From: a virus
Taxonomy: Duplodnaviria; Caudoviricetes
Length of the DNA: 61,955 nt
Direction: 5' to 3' (one strand)
IMG/VR virus record: IMGVR_UViG_3300028364_000001
Location: 1-61,955 of that record
Under the pieces are notes generated by a model. The model saw only the letters and a list, made by a program, of their open reading frames with translations. It had not been told where the DNA came from and made no database searches. The position numbers and the translations under genes are program-made. Below, one piece after another: positions 1-8,720 of this stretch; within the stretch, counting starts at the first letter, position 1, and each line of letters starts with the position of its first letter.

Positions 1-117
1 CTGAGATATGTGCGCCTGCACAGTTACAACCCCATCAAAGTTGACCGTGATGCTGTCACTGGCCAAAGTGTAGTCCGAGTCTGTTGCGTCGTTTGTTCCG
101 CCGAACGGGATGTTTGC
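1..117. repeat. Terminal direct repeat / circular-assembly overlap (identical to 61839-61955)
   Basis: ctgagatatg...ggatgtttgc occurs at both ends, and a minus-strand ORF reads continuously across the junction. Confidence 0.95.
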
Positions 118-501
118 GGCAGTGGCTGGGTTGATGTTAGTCGATGTGTCAGTGTTGCGAACTTGACAAAAGCTGAACACGCTGCCCGCCGCCCAAGCCG
201 GGATGCCGCCCGCAACTTTCAGTATTTGGCCTGTTGATCCAATTGGCAACCGCACAAATTGACCACCTGCACTTCGGTAGTAAGTGTCGCCCGTTGCGTC
301 CGATGTGACGTTGATCGCCGGGCTTGTCAGCGTCTTGTTCGTCAGAGTCTGTGTGGTCGCTGACAAAAGCGTATCGAGCGCAGACACCAAAAAGTTTACC
401 GTCTCTCCGCCCGGATCGTTCCCAGTGTCCGAAATATCGGTGCCAAGCAGCTTGTCGCCTGCCGCTGGCGTGGCGTTGGGGTATGTGTTGATTTTCGCCA
501 T
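1..501 (-). CDS. 5' part of a virion/fibre-like protein spanning the circular junction (joins 61578-61838; about 253 aa)
   Basis: ATG at 501 (MAKINTYPNATPAAGDKLL...TQTLTNKTLTSP...), open to position 1 and in frame with 61578-61838; TQTLTNKTLT is a common phage fibre motif. Confidence 0.75.
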   Translation of the reverse strand, partial: MAKINTYPNATPAAGDKLLGTDISDTGNDPGGETVNFLVSALDTLLSATTQTLTNKTLTSPAINVTSDATGDTYYRSAGGQFVRLPIGSTGQILKVAGGIPAWAAGSVFSFCQVRNTDTSTNINPATAANIPFGGTNDATDSDYTLASDSITVNFDGVVTVQAHISQ

Positions 502-504
502 GGC

Positions 505-951
505 TCAGGCGATGCGAATAATGGCGTCTGTTGCATTCGCCGTCGGGAACACAATCGTGAAGTCCCCCCCGGTGGACGTGCGGTCGTTCCCGAAATCCAG
601 CACAGCCACAACCGGGTTGGTGTACGTGTGGGTCGGGGTCGTGTTGTAGATCAGAGCCCCGCGCGCCGTGATGGTCGCCGTGGTGAACGTCAGGTCAGCA
701 AAGTCAGTGAACGCCGTCGTGCCCGTGGCTGTCGGGTTCACGCGGGTCAAGGTGCCACCGCCCGCGGTATAGGAACCAGAAGCCCCAACCTCGTTGGTCG
801 CCGTGTACGCCGTGGTCGCCGCTGTGAACGACGCGCTGTTGGTGTACATGGCCAACTTGAACGTGTCCCCGCCCGAGTTGCGGAAGTCGTGCACCCCTTC
901 TAGCAGTTGCTGCTTGAAGCTGGTAGCCATGAAGTTGCCGGTAAACGCCAT
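505..951 (-). CDS. Virion structural protein
   Basis: MAFTGNFMATSFKQQLLEGVHDF...; Thr/Ala/Gly-rich, in the structural cluster; start trimmed from the track ORF. Confidence 0.7.
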   Translation of the reverse strand: MAFTGNFMATSFKQQLLEGVHDFRNSGGDTFKLAMYTNSASFTAATTAYTATNEVGASGSYTAGGGTLTRVNPTATGTTAFTDFADLTFTTATITARGALIYNTTPTHTYTNPVVAVLDFGNDRTSTGGDFTIVFPTANATDAIIRIA

Positions 952-952
952 T

Positions 953-1237
953 TCAAAGTCTCCTGATAAGGTCTGCGAGTTCTGGATGCCCCGCATCCTT
1001 CAGCGCAGCATACACGGTTGTGCGGTCTGACGCGATAGCTTCTCTCAGGTAGCGCGCCACCACACTGCCGACCTCCCGCTTGTAGGCACGGGCTTGGTCC
1101 CGGATCTCCGGGGGCGCTGTGTCCGCGACGGATACGATCTTGTCCGCGCACCGCGCAGCGATCTCTTCAGGGGTAGCCCCTCGACCCGACGTTGTGTGCA
1201 CCATCACCCGGGGTGACGCCATCGTTCCTGCGTTCAT
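953..1237 (-). CDS. Hypothetical phage protein
   Basis: 94-aa ORF tightly packed with its neighbours. Confidence 0.65.
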   Translation of the reverse strand: MNAGTMASPRVMVHTTSGRGATPEEIAARCADKIVSVADTAPPEIRDQARAYKREVGSVVARYLREAIASDRTTVYAALKDAGHPELADLIRRL

Positions 1238-1881
1238 TCGACCCTCATATCCCCATCGCGGTAGCTGTCGCGCTTGCTCCGCACATCAATGATCCCCAGC
1301 TGGGCAAGGGCCTCGTCGTATCGGCCCTTGTAGACCGCCATCATGTCCGCGTCGCCCTTCATGAAGCTATACGCCTCGATCAGCGCGCCGTAGAGCAGCG
1401 CCGGAGCCGCGTTCTCGCCAAGCCATGACGTGCCCGCGTCCACTATAGATGCGGGGTCACGGTAATACTGCATCTCGACTTCGTAGTCCGCGTCGGGCGT
1501 GGGCCCCACCAAGAAGTACCCGGAGGGAGAGGCCGTATTGTCCCCGACGAACTGGGAATAGTATTTTGGCAGCCCTGTCACCGCCGGGTTGGGGTAGGCC
1601 TCCCGCATGAAGTTCATGTCCTTGTCGAGCAGGTAGGTGTAGACCCCTGCGGCGTTGATCACAGCCACAGAAAAGGCGGACAGGAAGTCGGTAGGGCGCG
1701 CGAGGTAGCGATTGCCAGACGTCAATGACCCTGAAGAATTGGCGCGGAACTCCGGGATGAGGACTGAGCGATAGATGCGGCTTTCGGCTTGCCGAACAAA
1801 CGTGGGAATGCTCGAAACGAAAGTCGCCTCGAAGTTCTCCGTGTATTCTTGGATCGCCAGCAGCAGCTCTGCATAGGTCAT
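1234..1881 (-). CDS. Putative head-tail adaptor / tail tubular protein A-like
   Basis: MTYAELLLAIQEYTEN...FVRQAE..I...GLPKYY...GPTPD...LLYGALIEAY pattern typical of podovirus adaptors. Confidence 0.65.
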   Translation of the reverse strand: MTYAELLLAIQEYTENFEATFVSSIPTFVRQAESRIYRSVLIPEFRANSSGSLTSGNRYLARPTDFLSAFSVAVINAAGVYTYLLDKDMNFMREAYPNPAVTGLPKYYSQFVGDNTASPSGYFLVGPTPDADYEVEMQYYRDPASIVDAGTSWLGENAAPALLYGALIEAYSFMKGDADMMAVYKGRYDEALAQLGIIDVRSKRDSYRDGDMRVE

Positions 1882-1884
1882 GGC

Positions 1885-1992
1885 TTACCCGTTCTTGGTG
1901 AACTTGCCGCCCTTGGTGGCAGCGCCCATCCCACGAGAAGTGCCACCCGTCGAGGGTTTGGCAGTGGCCTTTGGGGTATCTGATTTTTTCAT
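1885..1992 (-). CDS. Small basic protein
   Basis: MKKSDTPK...RGMGAATKGGKF; ATGA overlap with the upstream ORF. Confidence 0.55.
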   Translation of the reverse strand: MKKSDTPKATAKPSTGGTSRGMGAATKGGKFTKNG

Positions 1993-2312
1993 GGCGCGTC
2001 CTCGGTGTTTACAGTTACGGCTCCCACAGAGCCTACCATATATTGAGCAGGATTCCACACAGGATTCCAACCCCACAGCGCGTTTGCTGCAGCTTGTGAC
2101 GTATCAGGGCGCGGATCGAAGAGCGACCGGGGGTCGTCCACCTTGAGCCGGCCTACGAAGTTCTGCGGGTGGTCGGGGTCGACCATGTCCTTCCCGATGC
2201 GAAAACCAGTCCGATGTCCGTCGCTAACCTCGTACACAAGATCCCTCAGAGGATACCTGAACCCCGTCCGGTCGCAGAACCCAAACGCTTTGGTTGCGCG
2301 TGCGTAGGTCAT
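1989..2312 (-). CDS. Hypothetical phage protein
   Basis: CDRTGFRYP...DPDHPQ...DPRPD; coupled start/stop. Confidence 0.7.
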   Translation of the reverse strand: MTYARATKAFGFCDRTGFRYPLRDLVYEVSDGHRTGFRIGKDMVDPDHPQNFVGRLKVDDPRSLFDPRPDTSQAAANALWGWNPVWNPAQYMVGSVGAVTVNTEDAP

Positions 2313-2977
2313 CAGAACCCCCTGCCGCCCGTGGGCACGAACCTGACGGATGCACGATCCCGGTCCTCCCCGGCCGCGCGGTCAAACTGCGCCTCATACT
2401 CTGCTTGGAGCCGGGGGATACGCCCTTCTGCCTGCGGCCGCTTGCCCGCGATGTAATAAGCGAGGCCCGCCACGAGGGCGGGCACAAAGCGAGGTGGGAT
2501 GGACGTGACGTCGCCCCCGAGGCCTGATGCCAAGCCTTCGATGTACTTGAGCCGGTAGTAAACGAGGGTGTAGGCCTGCGTGCTGTCTGGCACGGGCCAG
2601 AGCGTCACCGTCGTGCCAGTGGCCCCGCGGTTCACGTAGATCTGGGTGGGGCGCGCGACCATCGCCTTGTTGGACTGCTGGGCATAGGTTGACACGCTGA
2701 TCCGCTCCAAGAACGTATCTTGCTGCCCGGTACGCAGCTGGTGTTCAATCAGGTCTATCGTGTCCACAGGCATCTCGTATGACGCAGTGCCCGCGGTGAG
2801 GGGGATCGTGCCCGCCTCGATGGTAAAAAGGTTCAGGCCCCGGTTGGCCCACTCCAGCGACAGCAGGTTCAGGCTGCGCCGAATAGTCTTCAAGTCGTAG
2901 CCTGAACGCATCTCGAGGCCAGCCCGCTCGAAGGCTTCCTCGAAGAGTTCTGAGAGGTCAGGTACGATGGCGGCCAT
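2312..2977 (-). CDS. Putative head-tail connector / adaptor protein
   Basis: EEAFERAG..RSGYDLKT.RRSLNLL..EWANRGLNL; downstream of capsid genes. Confidence 0.65.
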   Translation of the reverse strand: MAAIVPDLSELFEEAFERAGLEMRSGYDLKTIRRSLNLLSLEWANRGLNLFTIEAGTIPLTAGTASYEMPVDTIDLIEHQLRTGQQDTFLERISVSTYAQQSNKAMVARPTQIYVNRGATGTTVTLWPVPDSTQAYTLVYYRLKYIEGLASGLGGDVTSIPPRFVPALVAGLAYYIAGKRPQAEGRIPRLQAEYEAQFDRAAGEDRDRASVRFVPTGGRGF

Positions 2978-2979
2978 GG

Positions 2980-3228
2980 TCAGTCCCTAAACTTCGCGGT
3001 CTTCTTCGCGATCTTCTTCGGCTGCTTCACGAACTGCTTGCCCTTGGCAGTGCCCGCGCGCTTCGCCTTCGTGGTGGCACTGTACTCTTTGGCAGACAGA
3101 GATTCACGCGCTTTCTTCGGCAGGTATCTTTCACCTGTGGCCTTGGCCCCTTGCGTCGAGGGTTTGCCGCTCTTGGTCCCCCAATCCTCCTTGCCCCAGC
3201 TCTTCAGGCTCTTCTGCGGCTTCTTCAC
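2980..3228 (-). CDS. Lys-rich basic protein (DUF5872-like)
   Basis: GTG start; QKSLKSWGKEDWGTKSG...GERYLPKKA. Confidence 0.6.
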   Translation of the reverse strand: MKKPQKSLKSWGKEDWGTKSGKPSTQGAKATGERYLPKKARESLSAKEYSATTKAKRAGTAKGKQFVKQPKKIAKKTAKFRD

Positions 3229-3416
3229 GAGGAATAGCCCCCGCCGGCCGCCTTGTATCGCTTGGCCAGCATCTGGGCTTTTCTGGCGCTCCATTGCCCC
3301 GGCGCACCACCTTTGCCTCCAGCCTTGATCGTGCCAAACAAACGTTTCCGCATGGCGGGCTTGGTATAGTTTCCGGCCTCGTTGACCTTGGATTTTGCGG
3401 GGGTCTTCGCCATCAC
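3225..3416 (-). CDS. Lys-rich basic protein (DUF5872-like)
   Basis: NYTKPAMRKRLF..IKAGGKGGAPGQWSARKAQMLAKRYKAAGGGY. Confidence 0.65.
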   Translation of the reverse strand: MMAKTPAKSKVNEAGNYTKPAMRKRLFGTIKAGGKGGAPGQWSARKAQMLAKRYKAAGGGYSS

Positions 3417-3526
3417 TTAGCCTTTTTCTTCGACTTCTTCTTCGCCTTTTTCTTCTCGATCATTGCGAGGAAGCGGTCCTTGCCAGACATCTTGCTCTCG
3501 TCGGCCTTCTTGGTGGGCTTCTTCAT
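3413..3526 (-). CDS. Small Lys-rich protein (37 aa, below the track cut-off)
   Basis: MKKPTKKADESKMSGKDRFLAMIEKKKAKKKSKKKAK; overlaps both neighbours. Confidence 0.55.
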   Translation of the reverse strand: MKKPTKKADESKMSGKDRFLAMIEKKKAKKKSKKKAK

Positions 3527-3714
3527 CGCATGGCCCCCCGGGTCTTGCCCTTGACGCAGACGCCGTCGCCACGGGCCTTGCCACCCTTGGCCATCTTCTT
3601 GACCTTGCCGCCAGCCTTCATGGGGCTGACAGGCATCATCGGTTGAGCAGGCGTCATCGGCATAGCCATCTGATTGCCCATCATCTGATTGCCCATCATC
3701 GCACGGTTCATCAT
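3523..3714 (-). CDS. Small basic Met-rich protein
   Basis: MKAGGKVKKMAKGG..RGDGVCVKGKTRG. Confidence 0.6.
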   Translation of the reverse strand: MMNRAMMGNQMMGNQMAMPMTPAQPMMPVSPMKAGGKVKKMAKGGKARGDGVCVKGKTRGAMR

Positions 3715-3728
3715 CGGGTATCCCCCAT

Positions 3729-3983
3729 CTAACACTTCCACGCCCTTAAACTTTTATTCACCCGGCTGTTCGGGTCAGCAGCCGTCTTCTTCGAGGTCAG
3801 CTTCTTCTTTAACCCCGTCATTCTGGCACAGAAGCTCTTCTTGCGAGCGCCTCCTTTTGGCTGTGGGGCCTTCAACCCCGGCTTCCCGGGATTGGCCTTG
3901 TTGTATGAGGCCCGCCCCTTGGCGTTCAGCCCGCCTTTGGCGCTCTTGCCTTCAGACCTTTGCCATGCCGGAGACTTGGCCAT
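3729..3983 (-). CDS. Basic protein (DUF6321-like)
   Basis: AWQRSEGKSAKGGLNAKGRASY...RKKSFCARM...SLRAWKC. Confidence 0.7.
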   Translation of the reverse strand: MAKSPAWQRSEGKSAKGGLNAKGRASYNKANPGKPGLKAPQPKGGARKKSFCARMTGLKKKLTSKKTAADPNSRVNKSLRAWKC

Positions 3984-4255
3984 CAGGCGTAATAGATTGT
4001 TGCAGAGGTGATATTGGTCGCCACGGACACAAACGGGTCGCCCGCAGAGAGAATACCCTCGTCAGGGATGTTTGCGATGTGCGTAGAGTCCGCAACAAAG
4101 TCCAAGTCCAAAAGGACTTCGCCCCCGTTACCGCTTGTGATCGTCAAGCGGCCCGCGGTGCCCCCGGTCGTTACGTGGACCTGACGAAGCCGGGCCCGGC
4201 CGACGACAAGCGCGCCAGTGCCAGTGACGCGCTTCATCTTGATGTCTGAGGACAT
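3983..4255 (-). CDS. Small virion protein
   Basis: 90-aa ORF in the head cluster. Confidence 0.65.
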   Translation of the reverse strand: MSSDIKMKRVTGTGALVVGRARLRQVHVTTGGTAGRLTITSGNGGEVLLDLDFVADSTHIANIPDEGILSAGDPFVSVATNITSATIYYA

Positions 4256-4258
4256 GAC

Positions 4259-4390
4259 TTACTCCTTGGCTTTCTTGGCAGCCTTCTTGGCGGCGGGCTT
4301 CTTGGCAGGAACGGCTTCGGGCTCGGAAACTGCTCCGCGGGCCTTCAGTTCCTCGGCGGACGGAGCCGCCCAGACAATAGCTTTTTTCAT
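4259..4390 (-). CDS. Small Ala/Lys-rich protein (43 aa)
   Basis: MKKAIVWAAPSAEELKARG...KKPAAKKAAKKAKE with AAGGA RBS. Confidence 0.55.
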   Translation of the reverse strand: MKKAIVWAAPSAEELKARGAVSEPEAVPAKKPAAKKAAKKAKE

Positions 4391-4401
4391 GGGGGCTGTC
4401 C

Positions 4402-4638
4402 TTATGATGCTGCGATGGTTGCGCCGGTATCGGAGCGCTTCCAGTTTGTGCCGTCAGAAAAGGCGAGGATCGCTGCACCGGCTGCGCCGTTGGACACATA
4501 AATGAGCGTGCCTGCACCGGCGGTGGCGGCGGAAGGCGCGGCGGCCACAGTGTATGTGGGGAGCTTGATAGCCCCAATAACGTCCCCGGCGAAGCCGTTG
4601 GTCGCATTGACGGGGCCTGAGAAGGTAGTCGTACCCAT
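4402..4638 (-). CDS. Putative head decoration / fibre protein
   Basis: MGTTTFSGPV...LIYVSNGAAG...LAFSDGTNWKRSDT; directly after the capsid gene. Confidence 0.65.
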   Translation of the reverse strand: MGTTTFSGPVNATNGFAGDVIGAIKLPTYTVAAAPSAATAGAGTLIYVSNGAAGAAILAFSDGTNWKRSDTGATIAAS

Positions 4639-4716
4639 GATGATCTCCTGTCTGGGTTAGGTCAGCGGCACAATGCACGCTGTCAGGGATAGCCTTGAGG
4701 ATACACTACCTCTTGA

Positions 4717-4745
4717 CAAAAGAAAAGGCCCGCCGAAGCGGGCCT
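4717..4745 (-). terminator. Rho-independent terminator after the major capsid gene
   Basis: Minus strand AGGCCCGC-TTCG-GCGGGCCT followed by TTTCTTTT. Confidence 0.85.
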
Positions 4746-4773
4746 AATCATCTGATAACGCTTGATATTGCTA

Positions 4774-5679
4774 TCAGGCTCCCGGCGAGGCGTAGATGCC
4801 CAAGGGATCTGAGCACCCGAAAGAATATCTTTCGCGTGCTTTATAACGGACGTTCCCGGTGTCGAAGTCGCCGTCCATTGCAGTCGTCATCGCCGCCCGA
4901 ACAAAGTGTTTCATCCCGTTCGGCACGTCAGTTGTAAGGAACCACGCATCTGCATCAGTCAGGTAATGGTTGACGCGGTAGCCTTCAGGGATCGAGCCGT
5001 TGGTCTTCAAGGCGTTCAGATCGTTGTCAGCAGTGCCGACACGCAAGTCCGTCTGCAGCAGACGGGTTGCAACGAACATGAGGCCGGGCGGGATAATCAG
5101 CTTGCGAGGCATTGCAGCGATCAGCAGGCCACGCTCATCCACGTACCCCGCAATGTCGATCACAGCTTGCTCGAGAGCCGTCTCGTTCAGATCGACCGCA
5201 ACGCTGGGCCGGTTGGAGTTGGTCACGCCCGACACCGTCGGATGGGCCGTTGAGAACAAGGCAACCCCGTCCCCGGTCAGGAACGTGGTGAAGCCCGTAT
5301 TCAGCAGTGACGCTGCCTTGACCTGCTTGGTATAGGCCATGCCGCGAGCGAGCGCCTTGGTGTACCGGCTGGACAGGGAGTCGTAAAGGTTGTCTTCCAT
5401 CGCTTCTTCGGTGATGGCAAAACCCATTGCCACCGTCTCATGAACGTAACGTGCAACATAGGACTCTTGCGCGTTGTCATAGGACAGTGACTGTCCTTCG
5501 CTCTTGACGGGGGCTGCGCCGAAGCCCGACAACTTCAGCTCTTCTTCGTACGACCGCTCGGAGTTCTCGGTCTCGTAGATCTCCGAATGCTCATCTTCAT
5601 ACTTCGCATATTCCAGACCGAACAGCGCGTTCAGTCCGGGGAGAAGCTCTTTGAGGGCCTGTGCCCGTGAAATTGCCAT
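4774..5679 (-). CDS. Major capsid protein
   Basis: 301 aa, MAISRAQALKELLPGLNALFGLEY...GDFDTGNVRYKARERYSFG; follows scaffold, has its own terminator. Confidence 0.9.
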   Translation of the reverse strand: MAISRAQALKELLPGLNALFGLEYAKYEDEHSEIYETENSERSYEEELKLSGFGAAPVKSEGQSLSYDNAQESYVARYVHETVAMGFAITEEAMEDNLYDSLSSRYTKALARGMAYTKQVKAASLLNTGFTTFLTGDGVALFSTAHPTVSGVTNSNRPSVAVDLNETALEQAVIDIAGYVDERGLLIAAMPRKLIIPPGLMFVATRLLQTDLRVGTADNDLNALKTNGSIPEGYRVNHYLTDADAWFLTTDVPNGMKHFVRAAMTTAMDGDFDTGNVRYKARERYSFGCSDPLGIYASPGA

Positions 5680-5691
5680 GGTCAGTCCTCC

Positions 5692-6312
5692 TCAAAGGCC
5701 AACAGCGTTGGTCATGCTGTGGTAGCCGGGGTTAAACTTGACCAGAACATCTGGAAAAGCGTCAGTCAGCGGAGATACCGCCGATACGATGCGGAACGCC
5801 GCGGTCGTGGTGACCGTGGTGGATTCCAGCGCCGAGGTGGACACACCCAGCGCGACGTTGCCAGTCGAAGTGGACTGGGCGGCGGCAAAGAAGGTGTTGG
5901 CCCCGATGTCCGTCTGGTCGGCAACGCCGTCCAGCTGGGCTTGGAACAGGACGTCCGGATCGTCGACGACGAGCGCCTTGATCTGAGTGCCCGCAGGTGC
6001 AGCATAACCCGAAGGGTAACGCTGCGAGAAGACCAGCTGGCCTTCTGCGTTGATGTACTCACAACCCATGAAGACGCCCAGCGAGCCCGTGAGGGTCGTG
6101 CCGGTCGGCAGCGCGTTGGTGGTGCCGTTGGCGCCAGTTGCGGTAGACAAAGCAAGGAAGCCGTCCGCGCCGATGTGTACAACTTGCCCGACAAACAGGT
6201 TCGTTGCTTCACCGGCAGGGTCGATCAGGTACTGGGACATAGCCCCAGCATAAGGCATGCCGTCAGCGCGCTTCACGGGCTTCAGGCCATAGGGAGAGGC
6301 AGTAAGTGCCAT
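5692..6312 (-). CDS. Head structural protein (capsid cement/decoration-like)
   Basis: PYGLKPV...GVFMGCEY...VVDDPDVLF; immediately upstream of the capsid gene. Confidence 0.65.
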   Translation of the reverse strand: MALTASPYGLKPVKRADGMPYAGAMSQYLIDPAGEATNLFVGQVVHIGADGFLALSTATGANGTTNALPTGTTLTGSLGVFMGCEYINAEGQLVFSQRYPSGYAAPAGTQIKALVVDDPDVLFQAQLDGVADQTDIGANTFFAAAQSTSTGNVALGVSTSALESTTVTTTAAFRIVSAVSPLTDAFPDVLVKFNPGYHSMTNAVGL

Positions 6313-6347
6313 TTCTCATCCTCCAGAATCGTATCGAGGAGGCAAGG

Positions 6348-6794
6348 TCAGCCCTTGCCAAACGAATTGCGGGACGAACGCTCCGGCGCAAGCACGGGCA
6401 TCCGTGGGTCAGACTCCTTCATGTAGTTCCGGTCGACTGCGTCCATCTGGGCTTTCGCCTGCTGGGCCTGACCGTGAATACGTCGGGTTGCCTGTTTGTC
6501 GGGGATGCTGCAGAGCAACAGGCCTCCAACTTCAATGTTTTCCGGGAACCGGGAGTCCACGTCAGACATGATCTTCAGTTCGGGGAACTCCTTGGCGAGG
6601 ACAGGGACGTAGCCTTCACGAAAGCGGCGTGAGACGTTTGCCATGTCAGCGTTGCCAACGGCAGAAGTGCGAACCCACCGGAAATGGATACCATCTCGTG
6701 GTTCGGGGGAGGGGAGCATAGATTCGCGTTTCCACGGCGTGTCGTGGGCGTTGGCTTCCCGCGTCTCAGAATCTCTGGGGGTACGATCAGCCAT
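6348..6794 (-). CDS. Hypothetical head-module protein
   Basis: 148 aa between scaffold and capsid genes. Confidence 0.7.
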   Translation of the reverse strand: MADRTPRDSETREANAHDTPWKRESMLPSPEPRDGIHFRWVRTSAVGNADMANVSRRFREGYVPVLAKEFPELKIMSDVDSRFPENIEVGGLLLCSIPDKQATRRIHGQAQQAKAQMDAVDRNYMKESDPRMPVLAPERSSRNSFGKG

Positions 6795-7695
6795 TCTTCA
6801 GCTCCTTGATGATCTGCGCCGCATACTGCTCTACCGTCAACCCGAGTTTCTTGGCGAGAGAAACCTGAGTCGCTGTCAACGTGACCTTGCGTGGTGCTGC
6901 TGCGGTACTTCTACCGCCGGGGGCCACCACGGAGCCCGGCTGCTTCCGAGGCGTTGACTCCTCGGGAGACGCGAACTTGTCTGGAAACCGCTGTCGCATA
7001 GCGGTGTCTATCTGAGTATAGTACGCTTCACTGTCTGGCGCAACACCTTCTCCAATCGCCCGCTCGTGGACGCCGAACGCGAGAGCCGTCATCTCCTTGT
7101 CCACACCGAACCAATCGTTCGTGGTGGCCCATGCTTCCGCACGGGGCGAGGGTTTTGCCACCACTGGGCGCGCAGGCTGTGGGGCCGGGGTAGTGGCGGC
7201 GGTTTGCTGTGGCTGGGGCGGCCGGTACGACGCAAGCCGTCCCTCTTCGCCCTTGATGGCCACCAGCTCGGCGCTTGCTGCCACGAACGCCTTGGAGTCA
7301 CCGGCCTCGTGGGCCGCTTCCATCTTGGCCGTCACCTGCTCCAGCTGGGATCTGACACGGCCTTGCGCCTGTGTCACGAACGCTGCGTCGCCGTCGGCGA
7401 GGCGCTTGCGGTAGCCAGTGATCTCGTCCTGCTGTTTCTGGGCGTAAGAAACAGCCTCGTCCCGCAGGCGGGTGGACTCTTCCGCACGGCGGCGCTCTTC
7501 GTGAAACTCGTACTTGAGCTTGCTGATGCGCTTCTTCACGCTGTCAGAATACTGCTCCAGATCGTCGTCTTCCGGGATATCGGGCGTGGCGCCTTCAGCA
7601 CGGCGCGGTCGGCCCTTGTCATCCGCAGGTGTGTCATCGACAATTTCGATCTCGAAGTCGTCGTCTTCAGCGGGCTTCTTGTTGGTATCGGTCAT
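6787..7695 (-). CDS. Putative capsid scaffolding protein
   Basis: Acidic N-terminus, coiled coil, W...N.WFG motif, C-terminal LAKKLGLTVEQYA. Confidence 0.7.
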   Translation of the reverse strand: MTDTNKKPAEDDDFEIEIVDDTPADDKGRPRRAEGATPDIPEDDDLEQYSDSVKKRISKLKYEFHEERRRAEESTRLRDEAVSYAQKQQDEITGYRKRLADGDAAFVTQAQGRVRSQLEQVTAKMEAAHEAGDSKAFVAASAELVAIKGEEGRLASYRPPQPQQTAATTPAPQPARPVVAKPSPRAEAWATTNDWFGVDKEMTALAFGVHERAIGEGVAPDSEAYYTQIDTAMRQRFPDKFASPEESTPRKQPGSVVAPGGRSTAAAPRKVTLTATQVSLAKKLGLTVEQYAAQIIKELKNG

Positions 7696-8063
7696 GCGCG
7701 GCTGTACCCCCGTGGGTCTTCGACGACCGCTTCCACGGTATCGTCATTGATGATGCGGAACTCTTTCCCGTGTACCTTGAAGCGGGTGCCGGAATACGAA
7801 CGGAAGATGATGAAGTCCTCCGCTTTGCACCAAGGCCCGCCGGGAAATTTCGTCTGGTCTGCGTAGGCGTCGTCGCCCAGCGCAAGGACGTACCCGATGA
7901 CGGAGGCGGTCTCTTCGGCCTCACGACGCTCATCAGGGAGGTGTACCCCCCCTTCAGTCGTCTTGTTCATTTGGGGGACGGCGATCAAGAGCTTGTAGCC
8001 CTTGGGGACGGGAAGTTTTGCGCGCAACTCCGCGTCGACTTTTGGATCGGATGGCGTAAGCAT
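7692..8063 (-). CDS. groES: GroES-like co-chaperonin
   Basis: PKGYKLLI...TEGGVHLPD...GPWCK..D.IIFRSYSGTRFKVHGKEFRIINDD.V.AVV matches Cpn10 motifs. Confidence 0.85.
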   Translation of the reverse strand: MLTPSDPKVDAELRAKLPVPKGYKLLIAVPQMNKTTEGGVHLPDERREAEETASVIGYVLALGDDAYADQTKFPGGPWCKAEDFIIFRSYSGTRFKVHGKEFRIINDDTVEAVVEDPRGYSRA

Positions 8064-8129
8064 GGTCTCTCCGCAGCGTTTAAGGTACGCCGTTACCTAG
8101 CGTGAGTTTGTCCCACGGTATGGGGTCAT

Positions 8130-8158
8130 ATAATAGCGAGAAGCAGTTTATTCTTCAA
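8130..8158 (-). promoter_or_regulatory. Putative sigma70-type promoter for the groES-scaffold-capsid operon
   Basis: Minus strand TTGAAG-17 nt-TATTAT. Confidence 0.5.
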
Positions 8159-8333
8159 GTTGCTTCTTTTCGATGTCGGCGATCTCCGCCAGCACCATAT
8201 CCAAGGCCCCGATAGCCCCCACTGTCTTGGCGTAGGCCACGTAATCGACGGCACCCCCCGTAGCCAGATAGTCCGCGAGGTCGTTGCGCTGCAGGGTGAG
8301 TATGTGACGGAGGCGTTCAATGATTTCCATCAA
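8148..8333 (-). CDS. Hypothetical protein
   Basis: 61 aa; DY..Y...VG.I.AL pattern often seen between portal and GroES. Confidence 0.65.
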   Translation of the reverse strand: MMEIIERLRHILTLQRNDLADYLATGGAVDYVAYAKTVGAIGALDMVLAEIADIEKKQLEE

Positions 8334-8608
8334 ACGGCCTCGTAGGTCGCAGCGAAGATGTCGGGCTTGCAGGCATAGAACTCACCCTGAATGCCCTTGA
8401 TGATCCAGTCGCCCTCGGTGGCAACGTGTTTTGCGCGCCCATCCGTGCCATCTTCCATCGTGACGATATCGGCCTCAGCCTTTGCGCCGGGGTGCCGCGC
8501 TTTGCGAATGTTTCTCAGCACAGGGCAAAACTCGTGCAACGCTGACATGTCGCCCAAATAGAGGAATTGCATTGCTTCGATGACGACAGGCTTCTTGCGG
8601 TATTTCAT
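8330..8608 (-). CDS. Conserved phage protein (PGDYG-like)
   Basis: MKYRKKPVVIEA...GDWIIKGIQGEFYACKPDIFAATYE. Confidence 0.8.
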   Translation of the reverse strand: MKYRKKPVVIEAMQFLYLGDMSALHEFCPVLRNIRKARHPGAKAEADIVTMEDGTDGRAKHVATEGDWIIKGIQGEFYACKPDIFAATYEAV

Positions 8609-8720
8609 GGTTTTTCCTTCACCTTGTGCGGCCACCGGCCAATGATCAGCCCAAACACCCATGGCGCCGCCCACCCGGGCAGAGGGATGTTATCGAACAC
8701 CCACGCGGCAATACGACCTG

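Noticed and set aside
1-117. Biological terminal repeat of the virion DNA
   Set aside because: It falls in the middle of a structural gene, so it is more likely an assembler overlap of a circular contig.
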